Origin: Psammoneis japonica
Lineage: Eukaryota
Length of the DNA: 46,456 nt
NCBI GenBank assembly: GCA_008632985.1
Contig: QPGO01000223.1
Span: 62,001 to 108,456 of the forward strand
Reading direction: 5' to 3'
Positions 1-10,687 of the stretch are shown piece after piece. Positions within the stretch are counted from its first letter, which is position 1. Each line of letters opens with the position of its first letter. Under the pieces are notes generated by a model that was not told the DNA's origin, did no database searches, and worked only from the letters and a program-made list of their open reading frames with translations. A program made the position numbers and the translations under genes.

Positions 1-936
1 AGCGCAGTATCTTCCAACGACTTCCCGGACGGTCTCCCAGCTTCTGGTTTCGTAGTAGACGGTGGCCCACCTTCTGCTATCGCAGTACATGAATTTAACT
101 CCTACGGAGAAGCAATGTTATCCAAAATTTGTACTGATGTGGCAAATACGGACAATATGGTCATAATGACACACACAACTGGTGATTGGTGTGCCGATTT
201 GAACATCACCACTGAGAAGTGTTCTGAATCATTTGTTATGGACGTAGTACCTGTACGAAAGCCGAGCTGTATTGATCCTGAGGTCATCGGCGCCATTGTT
301 GAAGCTGCTTATAACCCCCTCAGCTTCCTTAACCGCGCTCCTGTGTCTGTGGAGACTATGATACGCCTTGGCCTTGACAATGAGACTGCACTTGGATTTT
401 CCAGGCGCCTACAGAGTTCTGCAAACGGAGGTCTTCTCATCCCAAAAGTAGACATCGATACGTTGAATGAAATTGCAAAGATTGGCATTATGGTGAACCA
501 TTTCCAACATGGCGCACCTATGGCAAGAGCAAGCAACGCAACTGCCTTTCCTTGGCGGGATGTGGCTATAATGACAGAATTCAATTTCGGTGAGGAGCAT
601 AGGAACAAATTAACAGCTCTTCTCTCTGATTTCTACGGCGACAAGACGAAACTCCAGGGATACTACAACTATATGAATCCTATTGGCAATCCCAACTGGC
701 GGTATTACTACTTTGGAGACAACTACGCACGCCTTTCCGAGATCAAGGCCAAGTACGATCCTTTTAACTTTTTCGGCAACCCTCAGCAAGTCGAGCCCTC
801 TGTTCCCAACCAGGTCACTACTGCTCGTGGTACCAACTTTGGAGCATCTAGCGCCATTCACTCTACTGCAATGTTTGGCATGTATCGTTCAGTCATGGCT
901 GTCTTCGTGGCAGCTTTGATCAACGGTATCGCCTGA
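1..936 (+). CDS. FAD-linked oxidoreductase, berberine-bridge-enzyme (BBE) family, 5'-partial; C-terminal GPI-anchor-like signal
   Basis: Frame 1 is open from base 1 to TGA at 934-936. BBE C-terminal motif GYYNYMNP..NWRYYYFGDNYARLSEIKAKYDPFNFF..PQ. Ends in a small-residue segment plus hydrophobic tail (SSAIHSTAMFGMYRSVMAVFVAALINGIA). Confidence 0.85.
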   Translation, partial: SAVSSNDFPDGLPASGFVVDGGPPSAIAVHEFNSYGEAMLSKICTDVANTDNMVIMTHTTGDWCADLNITTEKCSESFVMDVVPVRKPSCIDPEVIGAIVEAAYNPLSFLNRAPVSVETMIRLGLDNETALGFSRRLQSSANGGLLIPKVDIDTLNEIAKIGIMVNHFQHGAPMARASNATAFPWRDVAIMTEFNFGEEHRNKLTALLSDFYGDKTKLQGYYNYMNPIGNPNWRYYYFGDNYARLSEIKAKYDPFNFFGNPQQVEPSVPNQVTTARGTNFGASSAIHSTAMFGMYRSVMAVFVAALINGIA

Positions 937-1329
937 AACTTCGAAGTTCGAACGTATGCGGGGGAATTGGCCCTATTCCTCTAGGCATTCTTTTCGGGCA
1001 AGACCTGTTCTTGCTATCGATAGTGACTTTCTTTTCAGTACAAGTAAATTAATGTTGCTTTGGTCAAGCGTACTGCATTCCCCAAAACAGAAAATGAGTT
1101 CGCATTAGTTTTTTCTTCATACATTTCTCCGATAAGAACAAGAGCTGGGCTATGGTTTTCTGTAAAAGAAGAAAAGTGATTGCTGCTATTTTGCTTTCCT
1201 CGCACTATTCTCCAGAGCGATGTGGATAATTGAATTGGAGACAAACAGAAGAACGACGATTCCATCGCCCGCCCCTGCATAGATTCATCACAATGCAAAA
1301 TCCATGCATGCCCATCCTCATTGACCAAG

Positions 1330-2750
1330 AATTCATCTGCCGGTTCTTTTAGAAAAAAAGCATGTCAAGCAAAAATGGATTTCTTTGCACTGGAAGGCAA
1401 GAGACATTGAATCTTTTTGCCTTTGGGTTTTGTCAGTGCTAGTGCCATTTTTGTTGCCATGGCTCCTGCCCTTTGCAAAAAGGAGCATTTTTGTTTTCTT
1501 GTGGTTTGAGCATCACCCTGCCTGATGAGATGATTGCAAAGTCATGCAACATGTTGTGAAGATGTGAGCTGCAGTGCTGCTGCATGGAGAGACACCAGCT
1601 TGCAACAAGCTTTAGTTGTTTTGGTTTTGTTGGTGCCACCCAGTGCCAAGAAAACACACACCTGCTGGTTGCACCAGGGTCAAGTTCTTCCATGAATTTG
1701 CTTCTCATCTTGTGACTTGAGATGATGCCTTGGGGCATTGTTTTGTGACACATGTGGCCCCCTGTTTAGCTCCAGCTGCAGAAGCTTTTTCTTGGGCATT
1801 TCTCAGTGTGCCAGACCTGTTGTGTCAGACCTTGAAGTCTGTCACCAAATGCTTGTCCTGAGCTGAGGTCATCAGGTCGTGCACATCATTTTTTTTGCAG
1901 CGGAGCTCTGCACTCAGCCTCTTCTTGGCAAGCAGTGGACTGGCTCATGACAGTGTTGCCTCTCAGGCACAACACTCGAACTCTAAAGACAGCACAGATG
2001 CTGGCATGGCCTGTGTGTGGTGCACTTGGTGCAAGAAGACAGGGTGGTTCTCATCAAAAAGTCTCGTCTTCTTGCACTTCTCTCTTGTGGAGCTGCAACT
2101 CTTTTTGTCCCTTTTCTTCTTTGTCGTCCAACCTCTGTACAAGCACCATGTCACCAGCTTGGGCAAAGACATGCCAGGGATTGGTCCCTTCACTCTGCTG
2201 CAATTTCAAACTCTGCTCATGGCAACACAAGCAAAACTGTGTCACGATGGAATGTCGCCACTCATCTGCGACTCTTTTGTGATGGCTGGAGCTGCTCTTT
2301 TTCCTGTGATCTGACCACCAGCCATTGTGGCAGAGTTGGCCATGGACTCCAAAAGTGCTCCGGACCATGTTTGCCTCAACCTCCAAGAACTCCAAGCAGT
2401 GTCCACTCCATCTCCAGCACAAAGTTCGACCACTTTCTCAGAAGACATGTTTCACCTCAGCACTCAGCGCGCCACAGCCCATGTTGCAGTGGGTGTGTGC
2501 CCAGAGAGCAAAGCAACAGCACAGAGAGATTGGCTGTTGAGTGTCCAGACACAAGAAGAGCTGCAAATGAGAGGCAAAAGTGTGATGAAGGCAAGTGCGT
2601 GTCAAAGCAACCAAGCAGCACACACCAAACAACCAACAACACTGCTGCTGCTGAAGCCGCAAAAGAAATGTTGCACTTTTGGTCAATGAAAAGTGTGGGC
2701 ACAGAGAGCAGAGTGAACAAACAATGAAAGGCTTCCCGCTTGCTCCTTTT
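1330..2750. other. CpG/TpA-depleted domain 1 (decayed repeat or pseudogene DNA of unknown origin)
   Basis: Only ~6 TpA in ~1.4 kb by eye, low CpG, strong TG/CA excess. The many overlapping ORFs are Cys/His/Gln-rich and almost Tyr-free. Boundaries approximate. Confidence 0.8.
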
Positions 2751-2955
2751 TTAGATTGGCTGTTGGCGCAGACATTCTCGCTCGGCTAATCTTTGCTTCA
2801 GAAGATGGGCCATGTCGCGGTCGTCGCGATCGTTCTTTCTATCATTCGTGTTTAGGATTATGTGCTTTTGGAATATCTAAATTTTCGTTTCTGAGATCCG
2901 CATCGTCAGATCGCAGATCGCTGGCCATGACGACATCCGCCGCTGAATGCTAATC

Positions 2956-4253
2956 ATGGCGCTGCTCTCTTGTCTCGATGGCTTGGGCGGTATTCACCAC
3001 GGCTCTTTGTACAAGGCATCTCCAAACATTGATTTGGAAAAGAAACCGGGACAAACGAGAATACGAGCAAGACCCTTTTGGAGCGAGCAACTTGTCGATT
3101 ACCTGACGGCCACTTATTTTGTGTACAGTCCGCATCTCATTTGGTTTTTCATTGCACTTGTGCAGTGGCTCGTATTTCCCTATGATTTATCTGGGAAGAA
3201 GGTTCTGTCGAAACAAATTATGGAACGAGTCGTTTTGCATGTCGTGGTGGTTTTGGGTTACTATGGGTTTTGGCATGTTTCAATTGCCTTGCGGTGCAAT
3301 CGTCCGTTTGCTGAGAAACAACAACGTTCCCTGTGGAACCAAAAAGTGTTTCATAATATCTTTTATACAACCTTGGGGCTATTCAGTGGGGATTGACAGA
3401 AGGGGCCTTTATCCATGGATACTCCTCCGGTCGACTTGTTATGCAGCCAGCAGACAACAATGTTGTCAGTATTCCATGGTTGATTGTTTGGATTCTCCTC
3501 GTGCCCATTGTTCGTGACATTCATTTTTATTTTGCTCATCGATTCATGCACATTCGATTCGTGTACAAGTACGTTCATTCCGTCCATCACCGCAACACGG
3601 ACGTGGAACCCTTTTCCGGAATGTGTATGCATCCCATTGAACATTTCTATTACTTTACATGCTACGGACCCTTGCTTTGGATTAATGTACACCCCTTTAT
3701 CGTGGCATGGATGGGAACTCATGTCACACTATCACCGGCGGCAAGTCATTCCGGATACGAAGATCATTGGTCGGCCGATCTCTATCATTATCTTCATCAT
3801 CGCTACTACGAATGCAATTACGGACCGTCCGAACCATTTTTTATACTGGAACAACGGTTGGGAACCTTTCGTGATCATCTCGAACCTGGAGCAATCGTAT
3901 CCACCGATCCAAAAGCAACACTTGTGGGTGTTCCCGAAGGCAAATTGTATTTTATGTTGGGTGTGTTGGTTCCATCCGCTTGTTTGGCGAACGTTTTGAG
4001 GAATGGAGTGGGCGAGAATTGGGATTATCGAGTCGTGTCTGCCCTTTTCGCGTCCGCTCCCTTGCTTGCAGCCGCATTGTTGCATGCCTTTTCCATTCGC
4101 CGGGGTACTACGAGTATTTGGAAGCACTACATGGCACCCTTTCACAAGGATACGCTTCCGTCTCTAGTGATTCATTCCGCGATTGGTGGTGTCGTTTGTT
4201 GCATTTTGCCCGCCTACAGTTTGATTGCCATGCTGCTGAGGGACAACGAGTAA
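2956..4253 (+). CDS. Sterol desaturase / fatty-acid hydroxylase superfamily membrane enzyme (one apparent frameshift at ~3375-3378)
   Basis: His boxes HFYFAHRFMH, HSVHH and HYLHH, plus FSGMCMHPIEH and SHSGY. ORFs 2947-3396 and 3393-4253 join into YTTLGAIQWGLTEGAF if one G is added to the G4 run at 3375-3378. Confidence 0.85.
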
Positions 4254-4483
4254 AGTAAAATGTTTCTGTACTAGATCGTTTGCTTTTATACGGCTACTCC
4301 AACAGTAGTGTGTTGGCACTATGTAATGTATATAGGAAGCGAGCTCTTGGAATTTGTTGAAAATCTGAGCCTACCATCGTTCCTACGATTGCATAGTGGC
4401 TAATCTTGTTGCTAGCTAGAATGCATTAGATACTCTGAGCACCCCTCTCATTTCACATCTTATATCTTGCTTTCGCCTCTTCT

Positions 4484-5125
4484 TCAATAACTCGAATAGG
4501 TATAAAACACGGGTGGCCATTTGGGTGGATCATATCCCTTTCCTCCAATGGGCGAACATCTTAGAATTCGCCACGCGGTCAAAATGCATCCCTTGGTTGG
4601 GCCAAATTCTTCAATGGCTTGTACACCGTATTGGGAACACGTGGGTAAAAACCGACATGCCGGTGGCAAGAGGGGTGAAATGTAATTCTTGTAAATGCCT
4701 ATACAAAACACCATGGAATCTGTTAAAAGGGGCTTTTCGTTTGGAATGTCTTGGTCGTCATCCTTTGTTACTTCTTCTTCTTCTTGATTGGGTTTCTCGT
4801 TGTCGTTGTTGTTTGATGATTCTTCGAGAAGCATCGTTATTTGATTCAGAACCGGATTAAAGCCAGCCGCTGTTGACAATAGAATTGAAAATGTTTGCGT
4901 CAAATCTTGTTGTTGTGTGGGTACTGTTGCAGAAATTGATGGAATAGGTTGTATGCTGCGTTTGTTATTCTGGTTGTTGTTGGAGCACGGAACTAAAGGA
5001 TCATGATGTGGTAATGGGGTCATCGGCAGCATGCCTCTGGCAAAAACACACGATGTGCACATGGCATTTGTGGTGGTTGTAGCCAATATGGACGCTATAA
5101 TAATCAGAAAGAAACTCATCCTCAT
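4484..5125 (-). CDS. yidD: YidD (membrane protein insertion efficiency factor) domain protein with N-terminal signal peptide, probably organelle-targeted
   Basis: YKNYISPLLPPACRFLPTCSQYGVQAIEEFG...WRILRCSPIGGKGYDPP is the YidD signature. Hydrophobic N-terminus MSFFLIIIASILAT. Confidence 0.9.
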   Translation of the reverse strand: MRMSFFLIIIASILATTTTNAMCTSCVFARGMLPMTPLPHHDPLVPCSNNNQNNKRSIQPIPSISATVPTQQQDLTQTFSILLSTAAGFNPVLNQITMLLEESSNNNDNEKPNQEEEEVTKDDDQDIPNEKPLLTDSMVFCIGIYKNYISPLLPPACRFLPTCSQYGVQAIEEFGPTKGCILTAWRILRCSPIGGKGYDPPKWPPVFYTYSSY

Positions 5126-5382
5126 GACATTGTGTTGTTAGGAGTGGTAGGTCGATTATTTTTTGTGCGGGCGATATTTTTGATCTTTCGTGGAGGGAAA
5201 TTTTGTTTGCGATACGGAGGAACGTTGAAGATTGAACTCAAAATTCCATTTCTGTTAGACATTTTCGTAAATCAACTAGAGGAATCCGGAATGTTACTAT
5301 ATTGAACCTTCTCACCTCCCTATAAACGCATCTTTTTCTCGCAGGCCCACAACACACTATACAGCACCAACCACCAACCACC
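5126..5382. promoter_or_regulatory. Probable bidirectional promoter between yidD and SYF1
   Basis: 257-bp head-to-head intergenic gap. A TATAAA lies at ~5320 upstream of SYF1. Function inferred from the arrangement only. Confidence 0.4.
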
Positions 5383-8300
5383 ATGACGACAACTACAACA
5401 GAGGATGCCAAATCCCTCTTGCAAACCATTGTATCCTATCCCTCCTTGATTCCATTCGAAGAGGATTTGGCACTCGATCCATACAATGTTTCGAAATGGT
5501 GTCGTTATATCGAAGAGATTGACAATTTATTGCTTGAAGAGCCGAATGCCATTACTCCCGAAATACGTGTCTTTGTCTCACAACGCAGCGTCACGTTGTT
5601 GCCGGGATCGTATAAATTGTGGAGATTGCATTTGCAATTTTTGAAACAATGTGTTTACAACAAAAAGAGTCATCTACATCATCATGACGATGACAACGCA
5701 TCCTCGGTGCTGTTGACTTCCTCCCAAAAACAATTCCAACTCGTTTCCGATGCGTACGAGTCTTGTTTGATTCGATTGCACAAGGCTCCTCGTATATGGC
5801 TGGAATACATGGAATGGGAACTCTGTTTTGAAACCAATATCACAAAAATGCGTCATTTAATCAATCGTGCCTTGCAAGCGTTGCCTCTATCCCAACACTC
5901 GATTATTTGGGAGTTCGTCTTGGAGAATATTGTCATGAAGAACAAACATGGTTCTGCCGCAGTGTTGTCGCAATTCCAAAAAATTCCAACCGAAACACGT
6001 CTACAACTTTACAAGCGTGCTTGCATGTTGGATCCTTCCAAACGACAGGGGTTTGCCCAACTTTGTATGGAATTCAAGCAGTATGATCTTGCAGGCAAGC
6101 TATACATGGAACTTGTCAATGATACCGACTTTGTGTCTCCACAAGGCACGACGCGACACGATTTATGGATGACCTTTTGCAACATCATGACGACGCAACA
6201 ACATCCGAGTAGTAGTTCTTCCACTATAGACTTTGATGCCATTGTTCGTGCTGCCTTGCCGAAACCACAAGAACAACAAAACAACAACAAGAATACGATG
6301 GATCGTCAGTCACCCGATAACAACAGCACAACGACAGATGCTGTTACTACCATGAATTTAAAAGAAATGGAAGGCACATTATGGACCAAATTGGCCACGT
6401 ATCATGTCCGACAGGGCAATTTTGAAATGGCACGATCCGTCTATGAAGAAGCTTTGGAACGCGTCGTCAAGGTGCGTGATTTTTCCATTGTCTTTGATGC
6501 CTATGTTCAAATGGAAGAACAAATGGTCGAAGCCATGATGGAATTGGAAAATGATGAAGAGGATGATGAAGAAGAATCCAATAACAACAATGCAGACGAT
6601 TGGGACATACTCTTGGGTGATGCAGCTTCTTCTTCTTCTGGAAATAATACAATGGCCGACATGGAATTGGCCTTGGCACGGGCCGAACACTTGACAACGG
6701 TACGTCGTCCACTCTTGTTGAATCGGGTCTTGTTGCGACAAAATCCACACAATGTTGGTGAATGGTTGAAACGGGCCGACTTGTATTTAGAGCAAAAGGA
6801 TACACTGGCGGCTGCTGGTGCTCTGGAGGAAGCCCTGACGACGGTTCAAGCCAAGTACGCCGTCAATGGATCACCATATGAGATTGTTTTGAAATTAACA
6901 CAACAAGTGTACAAGGACAATCCCATCAAGGCCAAAAGTGTCTATCGTCGTATTTGTGATGACTTGGAATACAGCTTTAGCCGTGTGGAGGACTTGGCAC
7001 AGTGCTATTGTGCCTATTGTGAATTTGAATTGTCACAAGAAGCATGGGATGACGCACTGTCCATTGTGCGTCGCGGTACAACCAAAGTAAGTGATCCCAA
7101 TCAACCCCGTGTGGTTCGGAATCTGTACAAATCGTTGCAATTGTGGGATCTCTTGTTGGATCTCGAAGAATCCCTCGGGACGGTCCAAACCACCAAGGAT
7201 GCCTACAATCGTGCCATGGATCTCAAGGTGGCCACGCCCATGCATGTCATGAATTTTTGTGACTTTCTCAAGGACCAAACCTACTTTGAAGAATCCTTTG
7301 CCGCCTATGAACGTGGTATTGAACTCTTTGGATTTCCTCATGACTCTGCCAAGATTTTGTGGACCAAATATCTTGAAGCGTTCTTGGAGCGGTACAAGGA
7401 TGGGAGTAAAATGGAACGAATCCGTGATTTGTTTTCGCGGTGTCTCGAGAATTGTCCTCCCGAACTCTCTTCGGATTTTTTCATGATGCAGGGTGAATTG
7501 GAAGAAAAGCACGGCTTGACCAAACGTGCATTGGGTGTCTACCAAACCATGTGCGACACGGTACCGCCGGCCGAAAAGCAAACAGCCTACAAGCTTTTGA
7601 TTGCCAAAACCCAGAAATACTTGGGCGTCCCGGCGACACGAGATGTCTACCAAAACGCCATTGCCACACTGGAAGACCGTCCGGCAGCAGAAATGTGTTT
7701 GGACTTTGCCAAGACGGAAACGCGGCTTCACGAAATGGATCGTGCTCGTGCTTTGTACAAGTACGGAGCTCAATTGGCAGATCCAAGACGTCATGCCGAA
7801 TATTGGCAGCAATGGCATGAATTTGAAGTGGCGCATGGGAATGAAGAAACCTTTCGTGATATGCTTCGTGTCAAACGGAGTGTTCAAGCTGCCTTTTCGA
7901 CCGTCAATTACAATGCAGCCGAAATGGGAGGAGGCGATGCAGCAGCAGCTGCTGATGGTGAACAGGAGCCTCTTACGGATGAACAAGCCATGAGTATGAT
8001 TGCGGATCGGGAGGGGGTTTCGATTCCGACCCAACAACAGCCTCGTGTGGGCGGTTTTGTGAAAGCGAAACGTACCGCGGAGCTTGCGGAATTGGGAGAA
8101 GTGGAGAACCGGGTTGCGAAATTGCGAAAAGCCACGGCGGGTGTGGATGTGAAGACTACCACAGAAGATGAAACGAGGAACGATGGCGACGATGATGATG
8201 AGATTGATCTTGATGATGACGATTTGGAGGAGGAAGAACCGCATGTCGAGTCGTCTGCCACCGATGGCGTAAAGGAAGTGACAACCAAAGCTGTGCCTGC

Positions 8301-8406
8301 TGCCGTTTTTGGAGGACTGAAAGCCGATGATGCGGCTGAAAAGCCAAAAATGGGTGCCTTGGAACGTTTACGAGCTGCAGCAGCTGCTAATAAAGGGGGA
8401 GAATAG
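5383..8406 (+). CDS. SYF1: Pre-mRNA splicing factor SYF1/XAB2 (HAT/TPR repeats), single exon
   Basis: LPGSYKLW, RRPLLLNRVLLRQNPHNVGEW, DLEESLGT, YFEESFAAYERGI, WHEFEVAHGNEETFRDMLRVKRSVQA and acidic DEIDLDDDD tail are diagnostic SYF1 motifs. Confidence 0.95.
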   Translation: MTTTTTEDAKSLLQTIVSYPSLIPFEEDLALDPYNVSKWCRYIEEIDNLLLEEPNAITPEIRVFVSQRSVTLLPGSYKLWRLHLQFLKQCVYNKKSHLHHHDDDNASSVLLTSSQKQFQLVSDAYESCLIRLHKAPRIWLEYMEWELCFETNITKMRHLINRALQALPLSQHSIIWEFVLENIVMKNKHGSAAVLSQFQKIPTETRLQLYKRACMLDPSKRQGFAQLCMEFKQYDLAGKLYMELVNDTDFVSPQGTTRHDLWMTFCNIMTTQQHPSSSSSTIDFDAIVRAALPKPQEQQNNNKNTMDRQSPDNNSTTTDAVTTMNLKEMEGTLWTKLATYHVRQGNFEMARSVYEEALERVVKVRDFSIVFDAYVQMEEQMVEAMMELENDEEDDEEESNNNNADDWDILLGDAASSSSGNNTMADMELALARAEHLTTVRRPLLLNRVLLRQNPHNVGEWLKRADLYLEQKDTLAAAGALEEALTTVQAKYAVNGSPYEIVLKLTQQVYKDNPIKAKSVYRRICDDLEYSFSRVEDLAQCYCAYCEFELSQEAWDDALSIVRRGTTKVSDPNQPRVVRNLYKSLQLWDLLLDLEESLGTVQTTKDAYNRAMDLKVATPMHVMNFCDFLKDQTYFEESFAAYERGIELFGFPHDSAKILWTKYLEAFLERYKDGSKMERIRDLFSRCLENCPPELSSDFFMMQGELEEKHGLTKRALGVYQTMCDTVPPAEKQTAYKLLIAKTQKYLGVPATRDVYQNAIATLEDRPAAEMCLDFAKTETRLHEMDRARALYKYGAQLADPRRHAEYWQQWHEFEVAHGNEETFRDMLRVKRSVQAAFSTVNYNAAEMGGGDAAAAADGEQEPLTDEQAMSMIADREGVSIPTQQQPRVGGFVKAKRTAELAELGEVENRVAKLRKATAGVDVKTTTEDETRNDGDDDDEIDLDDDDLEEEEPHVESSATDGVKEVTTKAVPAAVFGGLKADDAAEKPKMGALERLRAAAAANKGGE

Positions 8407-8450
8407 TTGTAAACGTTAGTTGTACTACATTTTATAATAGTATAATCATA

Positions 8451-8465
8451 AGAGAGAGAGAGAGC
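8451..8465 (+). repeat. (AG)n microsatellite downstream of SYF1
   Basis: agagagagagagag read directly. Confidence 0.7.
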
Positions 8466-9672
8466 TACGCACGTACTGCGAATCATTCTTTTGATGTGCA
8501 GCTTCGACTATTCGTCGGATCATGTCACTGTCTCTCACCCCCAGCATCGACCACTGCGATTCCGTCCATACACTCAACTCCGCAACGACTTCCCTCATGA
8601 TACTTGCAAAATGGACAAGTCCACCTCGCATTTGATGACAAAGCATGGACGATCTTGTCTTTTTTTTTCGTTGTAGAGCGGGTTCCTCTTGCATTGGCTG
8701 AAGGTTGGAAACTCCATGTCGCAAACGTCTGGATCATGACGCTCGTTATTGTCAGACTTTTATTCTTGCTATAGTCTCTGATAATCGCTCCATAAGAGTT
8801 AACCGGCTCGATAGAGCTTTTTATTCATGAGAGACGAGCAGATAGAAAGCAACAGCTTAAGCTAGCGCGAAAAGATGGTCCTTTGAAACATTAGTTTCGA
8901 AACATTAGTTTCAAGTACAACCTTTACTCGCATCCACGACAAGCGGTTTTGCTCGGAGTACTTCATCCCGTGGAAAAAATACCCGAGATATCGTTTCGCA
9001 GAAGTATCTTCCCAACGGAAGGCTTGTTTTGCATAGCCAGCAGTGCAAGTCAACAAACCACTCATATTTCCTTGAAGCACTGCTTGTCCCAGAGGACGTG
9101 ACGGGTGTTTTTGGCATTGGCAACGTCAAGAAACTCCAACGTCAGGACTCCTCGACAACAACCATACTTGTGTGGAAGTTTTGCATTCACTGCACGCCTC
9201 GAGAGAAAGTGTTGAATGCTCCGTTGAGCCGGGCTTTCCTGTGTTCTAGATGAGTGGCGGCGATGCACAGGAACAAAGCAAACTTAATGTAGCCATTCAC
9301 TCTTTTACAAGCAGAATTGCTCCCATGCGGACAAGAAAAACGCAACTAGAGGCATTACAAACACCGGAATGAACAGCAAGAGACAAACGCGTGTCCTCAT
9401 GAAACTAAGCCATACAAAAGTCGCAATGTACTTCTTGAAGAACTTGATTCTTTCACACAAGTTTGAACGATTTTTTCGACTTTTTACGCTGCTGTACCAA
9501 GCACCTATCTTGACCATCAGTCGTGCTTCGTGTAAAAAAAAGGCCGAATTCAATAAACTCGAGGTTCGAGGTTGCAACTGCTACTACCTCAGAGTACATG
9601 TTGTGCGCAACGCTCGTTCTCCACATGATTGAGAACAAATCCAGTCATTCTTCTCATCATAGCTTTCTCGGT

Positions 9673-9867
9673 TCACTGTCGTTCTTGCATCGTTTTGGAA
9701 TGCACCGGCTGCGACGCCGCTGGCGTAGCGACTCCTCCTTGGTGGTTGTCTGCGGCTGCTGCTGTTGCTCCTCTTGGTTGCTGCTGTGGTTCGTCGTCGT
9801 CCTTTCCCTGACAACAAACTTCACACGAAAGACACAGCATACAACATGGATCGTTTACATCACTCAT
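9673..9867 (-). CDS. Putative small Cys-rich protein (64 aa)
   Basis: ATG in acaATG context. MSDVNDPCCMLCLSCEVCCQGKDDDEPQQQP... has a clustered CC motif then a low-complexity Q/A tail. Lies divergent from the RhoGDI-like gene. No family recognised. Confidence 0.4.
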   Translation of the reverse strand: MSDVNDPCCMLCLSCEVCCQGKDDDEPQQQPRGATAAAADNHQGGVATPAASQPVHSKTMQERQ

Positions 9868-10270
9868 TGTGTACGGTAAATCTATTGAACGAGATGACAA
9901 ACTGGCCCTTTGTCTCTTTTGCCTGTCGACGACTTTCCTCACTCCTCACTCGTGTGATGTGTTTTCGTTTTTTGGCGGCCTTGCTTCTTTCTTTGTATGT
10001 CCGTCGCTCAGACTAGCACAACGCACACCCTTAGAACGACAAACGGACAAAAGCATCGATCGCGAGTTGAGGTGATTATCGTGAATAGGCCTGCCAGTAC
10101 GTAGAGAGCATACGAGGGCCTACGTGAGGAACTTGCTGGCGAAGAAGCAATCATTGCGTTTTTCTTTTCATTCCCTCATCCCGTCTTCTACTTTGCGGCA
10201 CTTCCAACAAAACGACGCTTTCTTTCGATAGAGAGACACACTCTCTTACTTTATACTGTACACAAGAAAC

Positions 10271-10687
10271 ATGACGAACGATGCTACTTTCACCATGACG
10301 GGACAGCGTGTCGCCTTTGATGACGAACGGGTGGACGAGGTGATTATGGGACAAAAGGTTCTCATGAACCATTTGGCGAAAAACGAGGCGCCGGTGATTG
10401 GTGGAACGACGCAAACGTCCACCGTTTACTTTGCTCTACAACAGGCGGTCAAGGGTCTGAAAATGATACAAAAGACATGGCGAGGCAAAATTGGGCCCTT
10501 TACCATGGAAGTCGTTTTGGGAGATTACGAAGCGGGAGACCACAAGTTTACCTTTGAACCAAACAAGGTTCCTGATGGGTTTTTGGAACGTGGGCTTTAC
10601 AAGCAAGTTGTGCAATACTTGGACAGTCATGGCAAGGTGCTTCTCGAGTATACCAGTCACTTTCGTATTGTCAAGAAGAAGAAATAG
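10271..10687 (+). CDS. Rho GDP-dissociation inhibitor-like protein (Ig-like domain only)
   Basis: VKGLKMIQKTWRG...VVLGDYEA...FTFEPNKVPDGFLERGLYKQVVQYLDSHGKVLLEYTSHFRIVK parallels the RhoGDI C-terminal pattern VSGLKY.Q..YRKG...MVGSY.P...P.GMLARG.Y...F.DDD...L...W...IKK. Confidence 0.75.
   Translation: MTNDATFTMTGQRVAFDDERVDEVIMGQKVLMNHLAKNEAPVIGGTTQTSTVYFALQQAVKGLKMIQKTWRGKIGPFTMEVVLGDYEAGDHKFTFEPNKVPDGFLERGLYKQVVQYLDSHGKVLLEYTSHFRIVKKKK

Noticed and set aside
1895..2727. Long overlapping ORFs (139-236 aa) as protein genes
   Set aside because: They lie in TA-depleted DNA where stop codons are scarce, have skewed composition and show no recognisable domain.
1305..2815. Possible degenerate inverted termini around domain 1 (catgcccatcctc ... 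gaagatgggccatg)
   Set aside because: The match is short and gapped and could be chance.
7033..8244. 403-aa antisense ORF within SYF1
   Set aside because: Shadow ORF of a long coding sequence with no domain features.
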